From: Podarcis tiliguerta
Taxonomy: Eukaryota
Length of the DNA: 64,000 nt
Strand: one strand, 5' to 3'
NCBI GenBank assembly: GCA_965153285.1
Contig: OZ229111.1
This document shows, in pieces, positions 63,175-64,000 of this stretch (the stretch's first letter is position 1; each line of letters starts with the position of its first letter). The notes beneath the pieces are model-generated. The model had not been told where the DNA came from. It did no database searches and saw only the letters and a list, made by a program, of their open reading frames with translations. Made by a program: the position numbers and the translations under genes.

Positions 63175-63719
63175 GTGAGTACTTTGCTTTCTCACTTTTA
63201 TCTTTTCTGCACTAGCAGGCCCATGCAGCCTCAGCTGAGGGTCACACTATCCACCACCAAATAAATATAATACAACTTTGCATCATTAGGGACTGATTCT
63301 GATTCTAAGAAGGGCAAAGCAGGCTTGTACACGTGCACCACTTTAGCACACACAGATCTGGTGCTATGTACCTCTGCAAGAATCAACTCTTATGCAGGAA
63401 GGAAATATTTGTGGCAGAGAGTTACCTTCTTACATAGTGCCCACCCTGAGAAGTCTGTACTGCTGCAAAAATTATTTATTTCTGGTACAATCATAAGCAG
63501 GAGATTGAGTTGAGCAACTGGTCCGGCACTACAGATTGCATGGAATTTTTGCCATCACATACTCAGCTTGTTACTGCAATTACTGTTAAACTCGGGACTA
63601 GAAGATTACTTACACATGCATCCCAAAATCTAGGATTCTAATGAGCCTCACAGGAAAGAGAGTTTGGGCTTGATTATTCCTGAAGTAGACTATACTGTAT
63701 CATTTTCATAACTCATTTA

Positions 63720-63870
63720 GGATGTAGGGCACCTTGCAAAACCCTATGAGGCAGGTCATTGTTATTCCAATTTTTTGCAGATGGGGAAACTGAGACTGAG
63801 AGAGATAACACCTTGCCCAAGGCCACCCAGTGAGTCCATGGTCAAACTAGGATCTGAATCCAGGTCTCCC
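63720..63870 (-). mobile_element. MIR/CORE-type SINE remnant in MYOCD intron 2
   Basis: ttttgcagatggggaaactgagactgagagag...ttgcccaaggccacccag is the CORE motif. Confidence 0.8.
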
Positions 63871-64000
63871 ACCCCAAGCACCCACCCCCCCTCTCTCTCT
63901 CTGCTGGATCACACTGATTCTGAGCCACACACAGTGACTGCCTAAGCCTTTGGGTGCCGCATGTTGTAGTTGGCCTCTGCTATTGCTTTCCTCTTAAGCC

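Noticed and set aside
62978-63178. ORF-track peptide ending AAAAAKKPRAARQPGNHAT
   Set aside because: It is an out-of-frame reading across MYOCD exon 2; the true frame gives the RPEL1 peptide.
63175-64000. Smooth-muscle-specific alternative exon 2a of myocardin
   Set aside because: No segment could be recognised with confidence; it may lie beyond the window or be absent.

Overview
AT-rich vertebrate genomic DNA. The repeat content (Sauria SINE, L2, CR1, Penelope, many MITEs) points to a squamate, probably a lacertid lizard. The only confidently identified gene is myocardin (MYOCD) on the + strand: coding exon 1 at 52267-52321 (MTLLGSEHSMLIRSKFRS) and exon 2 at 63109-63174 (VLQLRLQQRRSREQLANQGIMP, RPEL1); the gene continues past the window end. 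The roughly 50 kb upstream holds three notable things. (1) A chain of splice-site-bounded, mostly phase-compatible exon-like segments at 2.3-16.9 kb carrying scattered in-frame stops: a candidate unitary pseudogene of unknown identity. (2) A 3'-truncated 7SK RNA retrocopy with a perfect 17-18 bp target-site duplication (TSD), nested in a Penelope fossil. (3) Several repeat-free blocks with MEF2, TEAD or CArG motifs that are candidate MYOCD enhancers. Almost all ORFs in the supplied track are spurious or transposon-derived. Family names for repeats come from motif recognition, not database searches.
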